Source: a virus
Taxonomy: Duplodnaviria; Heunggongvirae; Uroviricota; Caudoviricetes
Direction: 5' to 3' (one strand)
IMG/VR virus record: IMGVR_UViG_2563366960_000009
Location: 1-37,772 of that record
Length of the DNA stretch: 37,772 bases
Within the stretch, counting starts at the first letter, position 1. Each line of letters opens with the position of its first letter. The notes below the pieces were generated by a model. It did no database searches. It was given only the letters and a program-made list of their open reading frames with translations, and had not been told where the DNA came from. Made by a program: the position numbers and the translations under genes. This document shows, piece after piece, positions 15,703 to 23,963 of the stretch.

Positions 15703-16539
15703 ATGGCTAATGAAAAAAAGACATCCCGCAAAAAGTTTCGCGTGGCTGTCTCCGGATCAACTGTTGATGGCCGTGAAATCAGTCCGGTGCATCTGCGTGA
15801 AGCCGCCGAGAACTTCAACCCGGATGTTTACGCTGCCCGCGTGAACGTTGAGCACTATCTCTCGCCATGCCCATCAAGCGAATTTTCCGCAATGGGCGAT
15901 GTCACCGCACTGAGTACGGAAGACATTACGGAAGGTCCGCTGGCCGGACGTACTGCGCTGTATGCAGAAATCGAACCGACCGAGCGCATGAAGCAGCTTG
16001 TCGCGGACGGCAAGAAAATCTATTCCAGTATCGAACTGCACCCGCAGTTCTCCGTTAACGGGCGCGCCTATCTGGTCGGGCTGGCGATGACCGACACCCC
16101 GGCAAGCCTGGGCACTGAGCGCCTGAAATTCACGGCACAGCAGCGTCAGGCGGTGATGACGTTCAACAGTATCCAGGGTGAAGCACCGCTTATCTCCGAA
16201 GCCATCGAGTCTGAAATCATCGAAATGGCAGAACAACGCCAGGAAGAAGGCACCCAGTGGTTTAACCGCGTAATGGGGATTATTGGTCGTGGCCGCAAAG
16301 CGGATGACGCCAGTTTCTCCCGTATTCAGGAAGCGGTGGAAGGCGTCGCAACGTCACAGGCCGACATTATCGACCGTTTTAATGTGCTGGAAACCCGCCA
16401 TCAGCAGGACCGCCAGAAAATCACGTCACTGACCACAGAGCTGACAGCACTGAAGGAAAAACTGCGCACGCAGGACGGCGATCCGCAGAACCGCTTCACC
16501 GCAACGGGCGCAGCCTCCGACCAGCTGGCTGACTTCTGA
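15703..16539 (+). CDS. Capsid scaffold protein (P2 gpO-like)
   Basis: ATG at 15703 with GAGGGG site; MANEKKTSRKKFRVAVSGSTVDGREIS... aligns with the P2 gpO N-terminus as recalled. Confidence 0.85.
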   Translation: MANEKKTSRKKFRVAVSGSTVDGREISPVHLREAAENFNPDVYAARVNVEHYLSPCPSSEFSAMGDVTALSTEDITEGPLAGRTALYAEIEPTERMKQLVADGKKIYSSIELHPQFSVNGRAYLVGLAMTDTPASLGTERLKFTAQQRQAVMTFNSIQGEAPLISEAIESEIIEMAEQRQEEGTQWFNRVMGIIGRGRKADDASFSRIQEAVEGVATSQADIIDRFNVLETRHQQDRQKITSLTTELTALKEKLRTQDGDPQNRFTATGAASDQLADF

Positions 16540-16562
16540 TAAGACAAAGGAGCAAATTTTTT

Positions 16563-17615
16563 ATGAATCTGGTGATGTCAGATATTACCCGCAACAAGCT
16601 GGGTTGCTATATGGCGCAGCAGGCGTCGCTTAACAATATCCCGGTATCTGCACTGGTATCGCGATTTACCGTGGAACCCGCGGTGCAGCAGCGTTTTGAA
16701 AACGCCTCAAAGGAAAGTACCGAATTTACGAAAAGAATTAACGTGATCGGCGTGACCGACCAGAAAGGCGAAAAAATCCTCCTGGACACCACAGGACCGA
16801 TTGCGCACACGAATACCAGTTATGACGGCACAAAACGCCGTAACCCGAATAACGTGGTTGATCTGAAAAACCGCAAATACCAGTGCGAACAGGTGAACTA
16901 CGACACGTTTATTTCGTATCCGCAGCTTGATGCCTGGTCGGCACACCCTGATTTTCAGTCCCGCATCAGCGCACAGATTGCCCGACAGGTGGCGCTTGAC
17001 CGCATCATGATTGGTTTCAACGGCACGTCTCACACGGATGAGTCCAACTTCAGCACCAACAAGCTGCTTCAGGACGTTAACGTGGGCTGGCTGGAGCACA
17101 TCAGAACCGGCGCCAGAGAACGCGTTATGAATGACGTGACGCTGACCTCCCGCAACATGGACAACACCGTGGCGCACGCGGGTAAGTATGCGAACGCTGA
17201 TGCACTGGTACAGGACGCGCGTTCATCCCTGCTGGATGAATGGCACAAGGAAGCTGACGACCTCGTGGTGATTATGGGGCGCAACCTGTTTAACTCGCTG
17301 CGTCTGCCCGTGCTGAACAGCATCAGCGGCCAGAATCCCAATGCTGAATTACTCGCCGGGCAACTCATCCTGTCATCGCGCACCATTGGCGGGCTGGGCG
17401 TGTTCCTTGCGCCGTTCTTCCCGGATGCAACGATGCTGATCACCTCGTTCAACAACCTGTCGATTTACTGGCAGAAAGGTTCAATGCGTCGCCTGATGAA
17501 AGACGAGCCGGAATACAACCGCATCGCCACCTACCAGTCCATCAATGACGCTTATGTCGTTGAAGACTATGGCAAGTGCGCGATGGTCACTGGCCTGAAG
17601 TTCGCCGACAGCTAA
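16563..17615 (+). CDS. Major capsid protein (P2 gpN-like)
   Basis: 350 aa following the scaffold gene; size and synteny. Confidence 0.85.
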   Translation: MNLVMSDITRNKLGCYMAQQASLNNIPVSALVSRFTVEPAVQQRFENASKESTEFTKRINVIGVTDQKGEKILLDTTGPIAHTNTSYDGTKRRNPNNVVDLKNRKYQCEQVNYDTFISYPQLDAWSAHPDFQSRISAQIARQVALDRIMIGFNGTSHTDESNFSTNKLLQDVNVGWLEHIRTGARERVMNDVTLTSRNMDNTVAHAGKYANADALVQDARSSLLDEWHKEADDLVVIMGRNLFNSLRLPVLNSISGQNPNAELLAGQLILSSRTIGGLGVFLAPFFPDATMLITSFNNLSIYWQKGSMRRLMKDEPEYNRIATYQSINDAYVVEDYGKCAMVTGLKFADS

Positions 17616-17660
17616 TCAACTCACGGCGGGCATCATGCCCGCCTGTAACGGAGAGAAAAA

Positions 17661-18461
17661 ATGATTACTCCTGCACAACAACACTGGCAGAACGTGATGG
17701 CACAGCGCGCAGGTCGGGCGAATGAAGGCGTGGACCACGCCGCGCGTACCGCGCATGAAGAGGTGCTGTATCGTCTGCGTCTGGCACAGGCCCGGCTTAA
17801 GGGCGTACAGGCCAGAAGCGCGAAAGCCGCCATCAAAAAAGAGTTGTTGCCGGATTTTTCCGGCTGGATTGAGGGAACGCTGGAGGCTGACGGCGGGCAG
17901 CAGGATGAAGTGATTGCCACGCTGATGGTGTGGGCGATTGACTGCGGCGATCTTCCGCTTGCGTTGCGTATTGGTGCGTATGTGGTCCGTCATAACCTCA
18001 TTATGCCGGATAACTTTGGCCGTACTGCTGCCACGGTACTGACCGAAGAAATCTGCAACCCGGTACTGACGCAGGCCGGGACGGATGCTGACGCGGATTT
18101 GTCCGCCTTTATCGAACCACTGGACACCCTCCGGGAGATTGTCACAGACCAGGACATGCCGGACGAAGTGCGCGCCAAATTATGCAAGGCGTGCGCCTTT
18201 GCCCGTCGTGGTCTGACCGATGCGGACAGCATGGCCCTGTCACTGAAGCTGCTGCGCGAAGCGATGCACCTGAACCCGAACGCAGGTGTGAAACGCGAGA
18301 TTGCAACCCTTTTCCGCACCCTGAAAAAAGCCGATTCCGCAGCCGCACCAGAAGACGCCAGCACACCGCAGGCGCAGGACGAAAGCAGCAAAAGTAAAAA
18401 GACAACGCGGAAGCCTGCAACACGAAAAACCACCGCGACGCAGAAGGCGAAGCGCGGTTAA
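17661..18461 (+). CDS. Terminase small subunit (P2 gpM-like)
   Basis: 266 aa; MPDEVRAKL and AGVKREI match recalled P2 M; basic C-terminal tail. Confidence 0.8.
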   Translation: MITPAQQHWQNVMAQRAGRANEGVDHAARTAHEEVLYRLRLAQARLKGVQARSAKAAIKKELLPDFSGWIEGTLEADGGQQDEVIATLMVWAIDCGDLPLALRIGAYVVRHNLIMPDNFGRTAATVLTEEICNPVLTQAGTDADADLSAFIEPLDTLREIVTDQDMPDEVRAKLCKACAFARRGLTDADSMALSLKLLREAMHLNPNAGVKREIATLFRTLKKADSAAAPEDASTPQAQDESSKSKKTTRKPATRKTTATQKAKRG

Positions 18462-18562
18462 CGACTGACCCCGTCAGCGGGCGGCGTGCGCGGTGTTCCG
18501 GTTTGACTCCGTGACCGTTTACACCGCGCACCCACCGCCCGATTTTTTCAGGAGTGAACCCC

Positions 18563-19057
18563 ATGAGTATGGTTGCCAGAACCAACCCCGGCCCCGCAGA
18601 GGACGACATCACCGATACCGATGATGGTGATACCCGTATTTCAGCGGGTGCATTCTGGCCGGATATTGTGCTGCGTGAGCTGCGTCTGGCGATACGACTG
18701 CCGGGCCGTGTGACCACCTCCCGCCTGCTGCATACCGCCACCGGGGCCGTGGCACACGTTACCCGCGAGCTGGAAGCGTGGCAGCAGGAACAGCAGGCGG
18801 CTGGCCATCAGACGCTGGCCGATGTTCCGGCCCCCGTAATTAACGGAGAAAGCGTCAATCTCTGGCACTGGCGCAATGCTGTTTATACCGCCACACGCGC
18901 CCTGATTCTGGAGCGTTACCGCGATGCGGACACAACGGATAAGGGCGACCGCCGGGCGGACGCACTGGATATACAGACATCGGATTTGTGGCGCGATGTG
19001 AGCTGGGCCATCTCTGACATTCTGCGCCGCCCGCGAATTTTTGCGGAGTTGTGCTGA
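18563..19057 (+). CDS. Head completion / stabilisation protein (P2 gpL-like)
   Basis: ATG at 18563 with AGGAG site (the track start at 18554 is GTG); about 165 aa; synteny. Confidence 0.8.
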   Translation: MSMVARTNPGPAEDDITDTDDGDTRISAGAFWPDIVLRELRLAIRLPGRVTTSRLLHTATGAVAHVTRELEAWQQEQQAAGHQTLADVPAPVINGESVNLWHWRNAVYTATRALILERYRDADTTDKGDRRADALDIQTSDLWRDVSWAISDILRRPRIFAELC

Positions 19058-19311
19058 TGAAAGTGAAGGCACTGGAAGGCGACACCGTAGATTCGCTCTG
19101 TTTCCGGTACTACGGCACGACGCAGGGCGTCACCGAAAAGGTGCTGGATGCCAACCCCGGACTCTGTCAGCAGGTATTTCTGGACGCCGGGCAGGAAGTG
19201 GAGATGCCGGAGCCGGAGAAGAAGAAACGAGAAATGATTCAGTTGTGGGGGGGTAGCAGTGAGCACCATTCAAACAGGGATCACAGAGCAGGTTATTGCG
19301 TGGCTCTTTGA
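19057..19311 (+). CDS. Tail protein X-like
   Basis: MKVKALEGDTVDSLCFRYYGTTQGVTEKVLDANPGL resembles P2 gpX; ATG overlaps the L stop. Confidence 0.75.
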   Translation: MKVKALEGDTVDSLCFRYYGTTQGVTEKVLDANPGLCQQVFLDAGQEVEMPEPEKKKREMIQLWGGSSEHHSNRDHRAGYCVAL

Positions 19312-19582
19312 CCACCTGCCAACGGTGTATGCAGTAGGCGCGGCGGTCAGCATTTCCGCGCTGATGAGTCTTTATGACGGGCGGACACTGGTTCAGACCG
19401 TAACGGGATCGCTGGCGTGCGGCGTTCTTGCCATGGCCGTGGCCGGGTCGTTGCGCTTCTTCGGGTTTCCTGAAGATGCCGTGACGTTTATCGGCGCATC
19501 AATCGGTTTTATGGGCGCAGAGAAAGCACGCGACAAGGTTATTGCGGCCTTTAATCGCAGGGTGAAGGAGAAGGACGAATGA
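19259..19582 (+). CDS. Putative holin (two transmembrane helices)
   Basis: Two hydrophobic segments (VYAVGAAVSISALMSLY, GSLACGVLAMAVAGSL) and a charged C-terminus; directly upstream of the endolysin. Start is GTG and uncertain; overlaps the X 3' end. Confidence 0.6.
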   Translation: MSTIQTGITEQVIAWLFDHLPTVYAVGAAVSISALMSLYDGRTLVQTVTGSLACGVLAMAVAGSLRFFGFPEDAVTFIGASIGFMGAEKARDKVIAAFNRRVKEKDE

Positions 19583-19971
19583 GCAACACATTTAAATTCA
19601 GCAGCCGGAGCGAAAAGAATTTGCAGGGCGTAAATCCTGATCTGGTGAAAGTGACCCGACGGGCACTGGAAATCTCGGCAGTGGATTTTGGTATCACCGA
19701 AGGGTTGCGCAGCCGTTACCGCCAGAAGCAACTTGTGGCCACAGGTAAGAGCCAGACCATGAACAGCCGCCACCTTACGGGGCATGCCGTGGATGTTGTG
19801 GCTTATATCGGCAGCCAGGTGTCATGGGAATGGCCGCTGTACGAAAAAATCGCAGCAGCATTCAGACAGGCCAGCCGGGAACTGAATATTCCGGTGGAAT
19901 GGGGCGGCGACTGGAAGACCCTGAAAGACGGACCGCATTTTCAGTTACCACACGGAGCCTATCCGGCATGA
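19579..19971 (+). CDS. Endolysin, peptidase M15 family (L-alanyl-D-glutamate endopeptidase type)
   Basis: 130 aa with SRHLTGHAVD and a downstream GGDW...PHFQ motif typical of zinc peptidase M15 endolysins. Occupies the slot of the P2 K lysozyme. Confidence 0.8.
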   Translation: MSNTFKFSSRSEKNLQGVNPDLVKVTRRALEISAVDFGITEGLRSRYRQKQLVATGKSQTMNSRHLTGHAVDVVAYIGSQVSWEWPLYEKIAAAFRQASRELNIPVEWGGDWKTLKDGPHFQLPHGAYPA

Positions 19972-20375
19972 AGCTCTGGCCCACGCTGGGCGTCGCTTTC
20001 CTTCTGATTGCCGCATGGGGAACATCCATGCGTCTGTCGTGGTCGCTGGGCCGGGAGAACGCCAGAAACGAAGCGCAGGCCAGCGCCCTGAAAAGTACCG
20101 TCGACACCCTGAATATCATCAGCACCGGGGTACAGGATATGCAGCAGGTGCTGGCGCAACTCCGCGTGGAAAATCAACAGCGAAATCAGGACGGAGAGGC
20201 CAGACGTGAACAGCTACGCAACGATATTGCAAAAGATGAATGCGCCCACGCTTTGCCTGACGCTCGTTTTACTGACAGGTTGCGCAGGCACGCAGAACGC
20301 GCCACGGCCAGCGCCGTCAGTCCGGCTTATACCGCAGACGCTGACCATACCGGTAACGCCTCCCCCCTTCCCTGA
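19968..20375 (+). CDS. Inner-membrane spanin (LysB / Rz-like)
   Basis: ATG at 19968 overlaps the endolysin stop; N-terminal TM helix LWPTLGVAFLLIAAW followed by a coiled-coil region. Confidence 0.7.
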   Translation: MKLWPTLGVAFLLIAAWGTSMRLSWSLGRENARNEAQASALKSTVDTLNIISTGVQDMQQVLAQLRVENQQRNQDGEARREQLRNDIAKDECAHALPDARFTDRLRRHAERATASAVSPAYTADADHTGNASPLP

Positions 20376-20526
20376 TACTCCCACATGGGGAAATCTCGGT
20401 ATATGGGGCGACCGCCTTCTGGATGCACTGGAAACCTGTAACGCGGATAAACGGGCCATTGAATTACTGGAACAGCGCAGGCTGCAACGACTGAACAACG
20501 AGGATAACAACCATGCTGAAAACTGA
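20206..20526 (+). CDS. Outer-membrane lipoprotein spanin (LysC / Rz1-like), overlapping LysB in another frame
   Basis: Lipobox LLTGC after a short signal peptide; proline-rich (PPPFPDTP); alternative start at 20236; overlapping arrangement typical of Rz/Rz1. Confidence 0.65.
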   Translation: MNSYATILQKMNAPTLCLTLVLLTGCAGTQNAPRPAPSVRLIPQTLTIPVTPPPFPDTPTWGNLGIWGDRLLDALETCNADKRAIELLEQRRLQRLNNEDNNHAEN

Positions 20527-20980
20527 TTCCCTGCGTGAAGCCATGACCCGTTCATGCCGATGGTGTCAGGCCAACCCGGAAAAATTCACCATTTTCGTGG
20601 AGAGCGGCAACATTGAAACGACCGGAGAAACTCCCTCGTTTGTTTACCGCTATCAGATGGTGATGTTTGTCATGGATTACGCCGGGGAGCTGGACGACCT
20701 CACGCTGCCGCTGCTGGCGTGGTTATCCGAAAATCAGCCACAGTTGTTGCTCAATCCGGAGCGTAATCAGGACATCAAATTTTCTGCCGTTATCAATGAC
20801 GATGACAGCGCCGATCTCCTGTTTACGCTCCCCCTGCGGGAACGCGTTCGCATCACGCGCAGCAGTCAGGGTACACCGCAGGCAGAACACCTGCCGGAGC
20901 CAAAACCCCGCCTGCCCTCTTCCGAAGGCGACTGGTCGCATGTATTCCAGGATGTGACGTGGGGTGAAAGCGATGGATAA
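20513..20980 (+). CDS. Tail completion protein (P2 gpR-like)
   Basis: 155 aa, same length as P2 R; synteny. Confidence 0.75.
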   Translation: MLKTDSLREAMTRSCRWCQANPEKFTIFVESGNIETTGETPSFVYRYQMVMFVMDYAGELDDLTLPLLAWLSENQPQLLLNPERNQDIKFSAVINDDDSADLLFTLPLRERVRITRSSQGTPQAEHLPEPKPRLPSSEGDWSHVFQDVTWGESDG

Positions 20981-21608
20981 GGCATTCACCCGCGTGGATG
21001 AAACCTTTGAGGCCATCCGCGACAGCCTGAATCAGCAGGCCATCAATAACATCGCCAGAAAGCTGGCACAGGATTTACGCCGCGCCCAGCAGGCGCGCAT
21101 CCGGTCACAGAAAGCGCCGGACGGGACCGCATGGACACCACGCAGACGCCGCGTAACCCGGATACAGGAGCGCATTCGCTTTATCTGGAATAACGAAGCA
21201 CGCACGCTGAAAAACTGGCATCACGACACGGGGAAATACGGGCGAACCATCACCGGGTGGGATGAGGATAAAAACACCATCCGCACGTTTTACCGGGATG
21301 ACATCGACCGCTTTCTGGAAATACGCACCCGGCGCATCAACCAGGACAGCACAAAGCGCGTCCCCATGTTCGTAAAACTGCGCACCGCCCGCTACCTGAA
21401 AGCCCGTGCAGATGCTTCCGGTGTGACGGTGGGTTACAGCGGCGTGGCCGCACGTATTGCACGCGTTCATCAGTTCGGTGAGCGCGATCAGGTTGCGCCG
21501 GGCATTTTCACCGATTACCCGGTACGTGAGCTGCTGGGCATCAGTCAGGCAGATGAACGCCTGATTTATAACACGGTGCTGGGCCGGATTGCGGAGGCTG
21601 TACGGTGA
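20973..21608 (+). CDS. Virion morphogenesis / tail completion protein (P2 gpS-like)
   Basis: ARKLAQDLRRAQQARIRSQKAPDGTAWTPRRRR resembles P2 gpS; ATG at 20973 overlaps the R stop (alternative GTG at 20964). Confidence 0.75.
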   Translation: MDKAFTRVDETFEAIRDSLNQQAINNIARKLAQDLRRAQQARIRSQKAPDGTAWTPRRRRVTRIQERIRFIWNNEARTLKNWHHDTGKYGRTITGWDEDKNTIRTFYRDDIDRFLEIRTRRINQDSTKRVPMFVKLRTARYLKARADASGVTVGYSGVAARIARVHQFGERDQVAPGIFTDYPVRELLGISQADERLIYNTVLGRIAEAVR

Positions 21609-22186
21609 GCGCAGAACTCATGCGACTGCTGAGCAACATCATCCGCACCGGGATCATCTCTGAAGTTGATGAGAAGTCCTGGCGCGTGCGCGTTCGCAGC
21701 GGCGAACTGGAAACAGGCTGGCTGCGCTGGAACACCACGCGCGCGGGAGCCTTCAATGTGTGGCTGCCGCCATCACCCGGCGAACAGGTGGTAATTGCCT
21801 GCATTGGCGGCAACCCGGAAACCGCCATGATAATTGGCAGCCTGTGGAGTGATGCCAGTCCGGCCCCCGGCAAAAGCCTGAAAGAAATCGTGGTCAGCGC
21901 GCCGGATGGCGCGGTGTTCCGCTACGACGCGGACGCTGGCGCACTGAGCGCCAGCGGCATGAAAACAGCCACCCTGCAGGCATCCGTCAGCGTGACACTG
22001 GATACGCCCGTCGTGGAATGCACAGACCTTCTGAGAACAGCGACGCTTGACGTCACAAAAGGGGGAAAGATGAGCGGCAATATCACGCACAGCGGCGGCG
22101 ATTTCACCTCAAACGGCATCACAGTGCATACGCATAAGCACGGTGGCGTTAAAGGTGGCAGCGATTCGACAGGAGGCCCGCAGTGA
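21605..22186 (+). CDS. Baseplate spike / assembly protein (P2 gpV-like)
   Basis: LLSNIIRTGII...TLDTPVVECT...KGGKMSGNITHSGG...HTHKH aligns with recalled P2 gpV. Confidence 0.85.
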   Translation: MSAELMRLLSNIIRTGIISEVDEKSWRVRVRSGELETGWLRWNTTRAGAFNVWLPPSPGEQVVIACIGGNPETAMIIGSLWSDASPAPGKSLKEIVVSAPDGAVFRYDADAGALSASGMKTATLQASVSVTLDTPVVECTDLLRTATLDVTKGGKMSGNITHSGGDFTSNGITVHTHKHGGVKGGSDSTGGPQ

Positions 22187-22533
22187 CAACCCGCTACACA
22201 GGAATGAATCCGGACGGGACGGGAAACCTGAACGATACGGAGCACCTGAAACAGTCAGTCAGGGACATCCTGACCACCCCGCTGGCAAGCCGGGTTATGC
22301 GACGGGAATATGGCAGCCTTGTGCCTGATTTAATTGACGAACCCATGAATAACACCACGCGTCTGCAATGCATGAGTGCTGCCGTGATTGCGCTGACACG
22401 ATGGGAACCCCGCATTGCCCTGGACGCCATCGACGTTGTCTGGAAGGCAGGAGGCCGCGCCGGGGTGACGCTGTCGGGCACTGTCATGCAGACCATGCAG
22501 AATGTTGAATTAACCATCACGCTAAGGGAGTAA
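22183..22533 (+). CDS. Baseplate wedge protein (P2 gpW-like, gp25/lysozyme-like fold)
   Basis: MTTRYTGMNPDG...RVMRREYGSL resembles P2 gpW (MTARYLGMN...RVMRRDYGSL); GTG start overlapping the V stop. Confidence 0.85.
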   Translation: MTTRYTGMNPDGTGNLNDTEHLKQSVRDILTTPLASRVMRREYGSLVPDLIDEPMNNTTRLQCMSAAVIALTRWEPRIALDAIDVVWKAGGRAGVTLSGTVMQTMQNVELTITLRE

Positions 22534-22536
22534 ATC

Positions 22537-23433
22537 ATGCCTGCTGTTGACCTTTCCCAGTTACCGGAAACCGCCATCATCGCGGAGCCTGATTTTGAGG
22601 CAATTCTGGCTGACACAAAGGCCATGATGATTGCGTCCTATCCTGCCGAACAGCGTGAAGCCGTCTCCGCCGCGCTGGAGCTGGAATCGGAACCCCTGAA
22701 CGTTATCGCTCAAACCATGTCTTTTCGTGAAATGCTGTTACGCCAGCGGGTCAATGAGGGTGCACGCGCCTGCATGCTAAGCCACAGCGCCGGGACAGAC
22801 CTGGACAACCTCGCGGGCAATATGAACACAAAGCGCCTGGTTATCACTCCGGCAACGGATACCACCGACGCAGTGATGGAAAGTGACACCTCGCTGAGAC
22901 TACGGGCGCAACGGGCATATGACGGTCTGAGTGTTGCTGGCCCGTCAGGTGCATACGAGTATTTTGCACGCAGCGCCAGCGGTCTGGTACGCGATGCGCG
23001 GGCCATCAGCCCGTCTCCGGCCAACGTGACGGTTTCCATCCTGTCCACTGAGGGCGACGGCACAGCAACGGAGGCGTTGCTTAATACCGTTCGCGCCGTT
23101 CTGAATGCAGAGGATACCCGCCCGGTGGCCGACCGCCTGACCGTACAGAGTGCCAGAATCGTGACATGGCGGCTGAATGCAAAACTGTACTTTTACCCCG
23201 GCCCGGAATCCGAACCTATTCTGGCCGCGGCAGAATCGTCGTTCAGGAAGTGGCTGTCTGAGCAGGGGCTTATCGGTCAGGACGTGGCGTTGTCAGCCAT
23301 TGCTGCCGCACTGCATGTGCACGGTGTGCAACGCGTGGAGATAATCGAACCCACACAAAATATGGCCATCAGCGACATACAGGCGGCGCGCTGTGAGTCA
23401 TTCACCATCAGCGAAGGTGGGCGTAATGAGTAA
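22537..23433 (+). CDS. Baseplate protein (P2 gpJ-like)
   Basis: 298 aa (P2 J is about 302 aa); synteny. Confidence 0.8.
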   Translation: MPAVDLSQLPETAIIAEPDFEAILADTKAMMIASYPAEQREAVSAALELESEPLNVIAQTMSFREMLLRQRVNEGARACMLSHSAGTDLDNLAGNMNTKRLVITPATDTTDAVMESDTSLRLRAQRAYDGLSVAGPSGAYEYFARSASGLVRDARAISPSPANVTVSILSTEGDGTATEALLNTVRAVLNAEDTRPVADRLTVQSARIVTWRLNAKLYFYPGPESEPILAAAESSFRKWLSEQGLIGQDVALSAIAAALHVHGVQRVEIIEPTQNMAISDIQAARCESFTISEGGRNE

Positions 23434-23953
23434 TTCACTGTTACCGCCATCAGCCAGCAATTTCATGCGTTGTGCCGAAGCTGTCGGAACGCGCATTACA
23501 GACATTCCGGTAGACCTCAACACGCTGTGGTCGCCGGACACCTGCCCGGTGCATCTGCTGCCTTATCTCGCCTGGGCATTTTCCGTTGACCGCTGGGATC
23601 GCAACTGGCCGGAAGAGACAAAGCGACAGGTGATTCGTGATGCATGGCTGATACACCGACACAAGGGAACCATCAGCGCACTGCGCCGGGCCATTGAGCC
23701 GCTGGGATACCTCATTCGTGTGTCTGAGTGGTGGGAGTTCGGCGGAGAACCTGGAACATTCAAGGTTGATGTTGGCACGCTGGACAGTGGTGTGACCGAG
23801 GAAATGTATCTGGAAATGGAACGGCTGATTGCCGACGCCAAACCCGCAAGTCGCCACCTTATCGGCCTGAACATTATCCAGGACATTCCTGGCTATCTGT
23901 ATACAGGCGGTGTGGTCTGTGATGGTGATGTTATTACTGTTTATCCCGGATAA
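23426..23953 (+). CDS. Baseplate / tail protein (P2 gpI-like)
   Basis: ATG at 23426 overlaps the J stop; about 175 aa like P2 I. Confidence 0.75.
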   Translation: MSNSLLPPSASNFMRCAEAVGTRITDIPVDLNTLWSPDTCPVHLLPYLAWAFSVDRWDRNWPEETKRQVIRDAWLIHRHKGTISALRRAIEPLGYLIRVSEWWEFGGEPGTFKVDVGTLDSGVTEEMYLEMERLIADAKPASRHLIGLNIIQDIPGYLYTGGVVCDGDVITVYPG

Positions 23954-23963
23954 GTGAGAAACA

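Noticed and set aside
19824-19967. Longer N-terminal extension of the LysB ORF
   Set aside because: Would overlap the endolysin by 150 bp; the ATG at 19968 coupled to the endolysin stop gives a typical spanin N-terminal TM helix.
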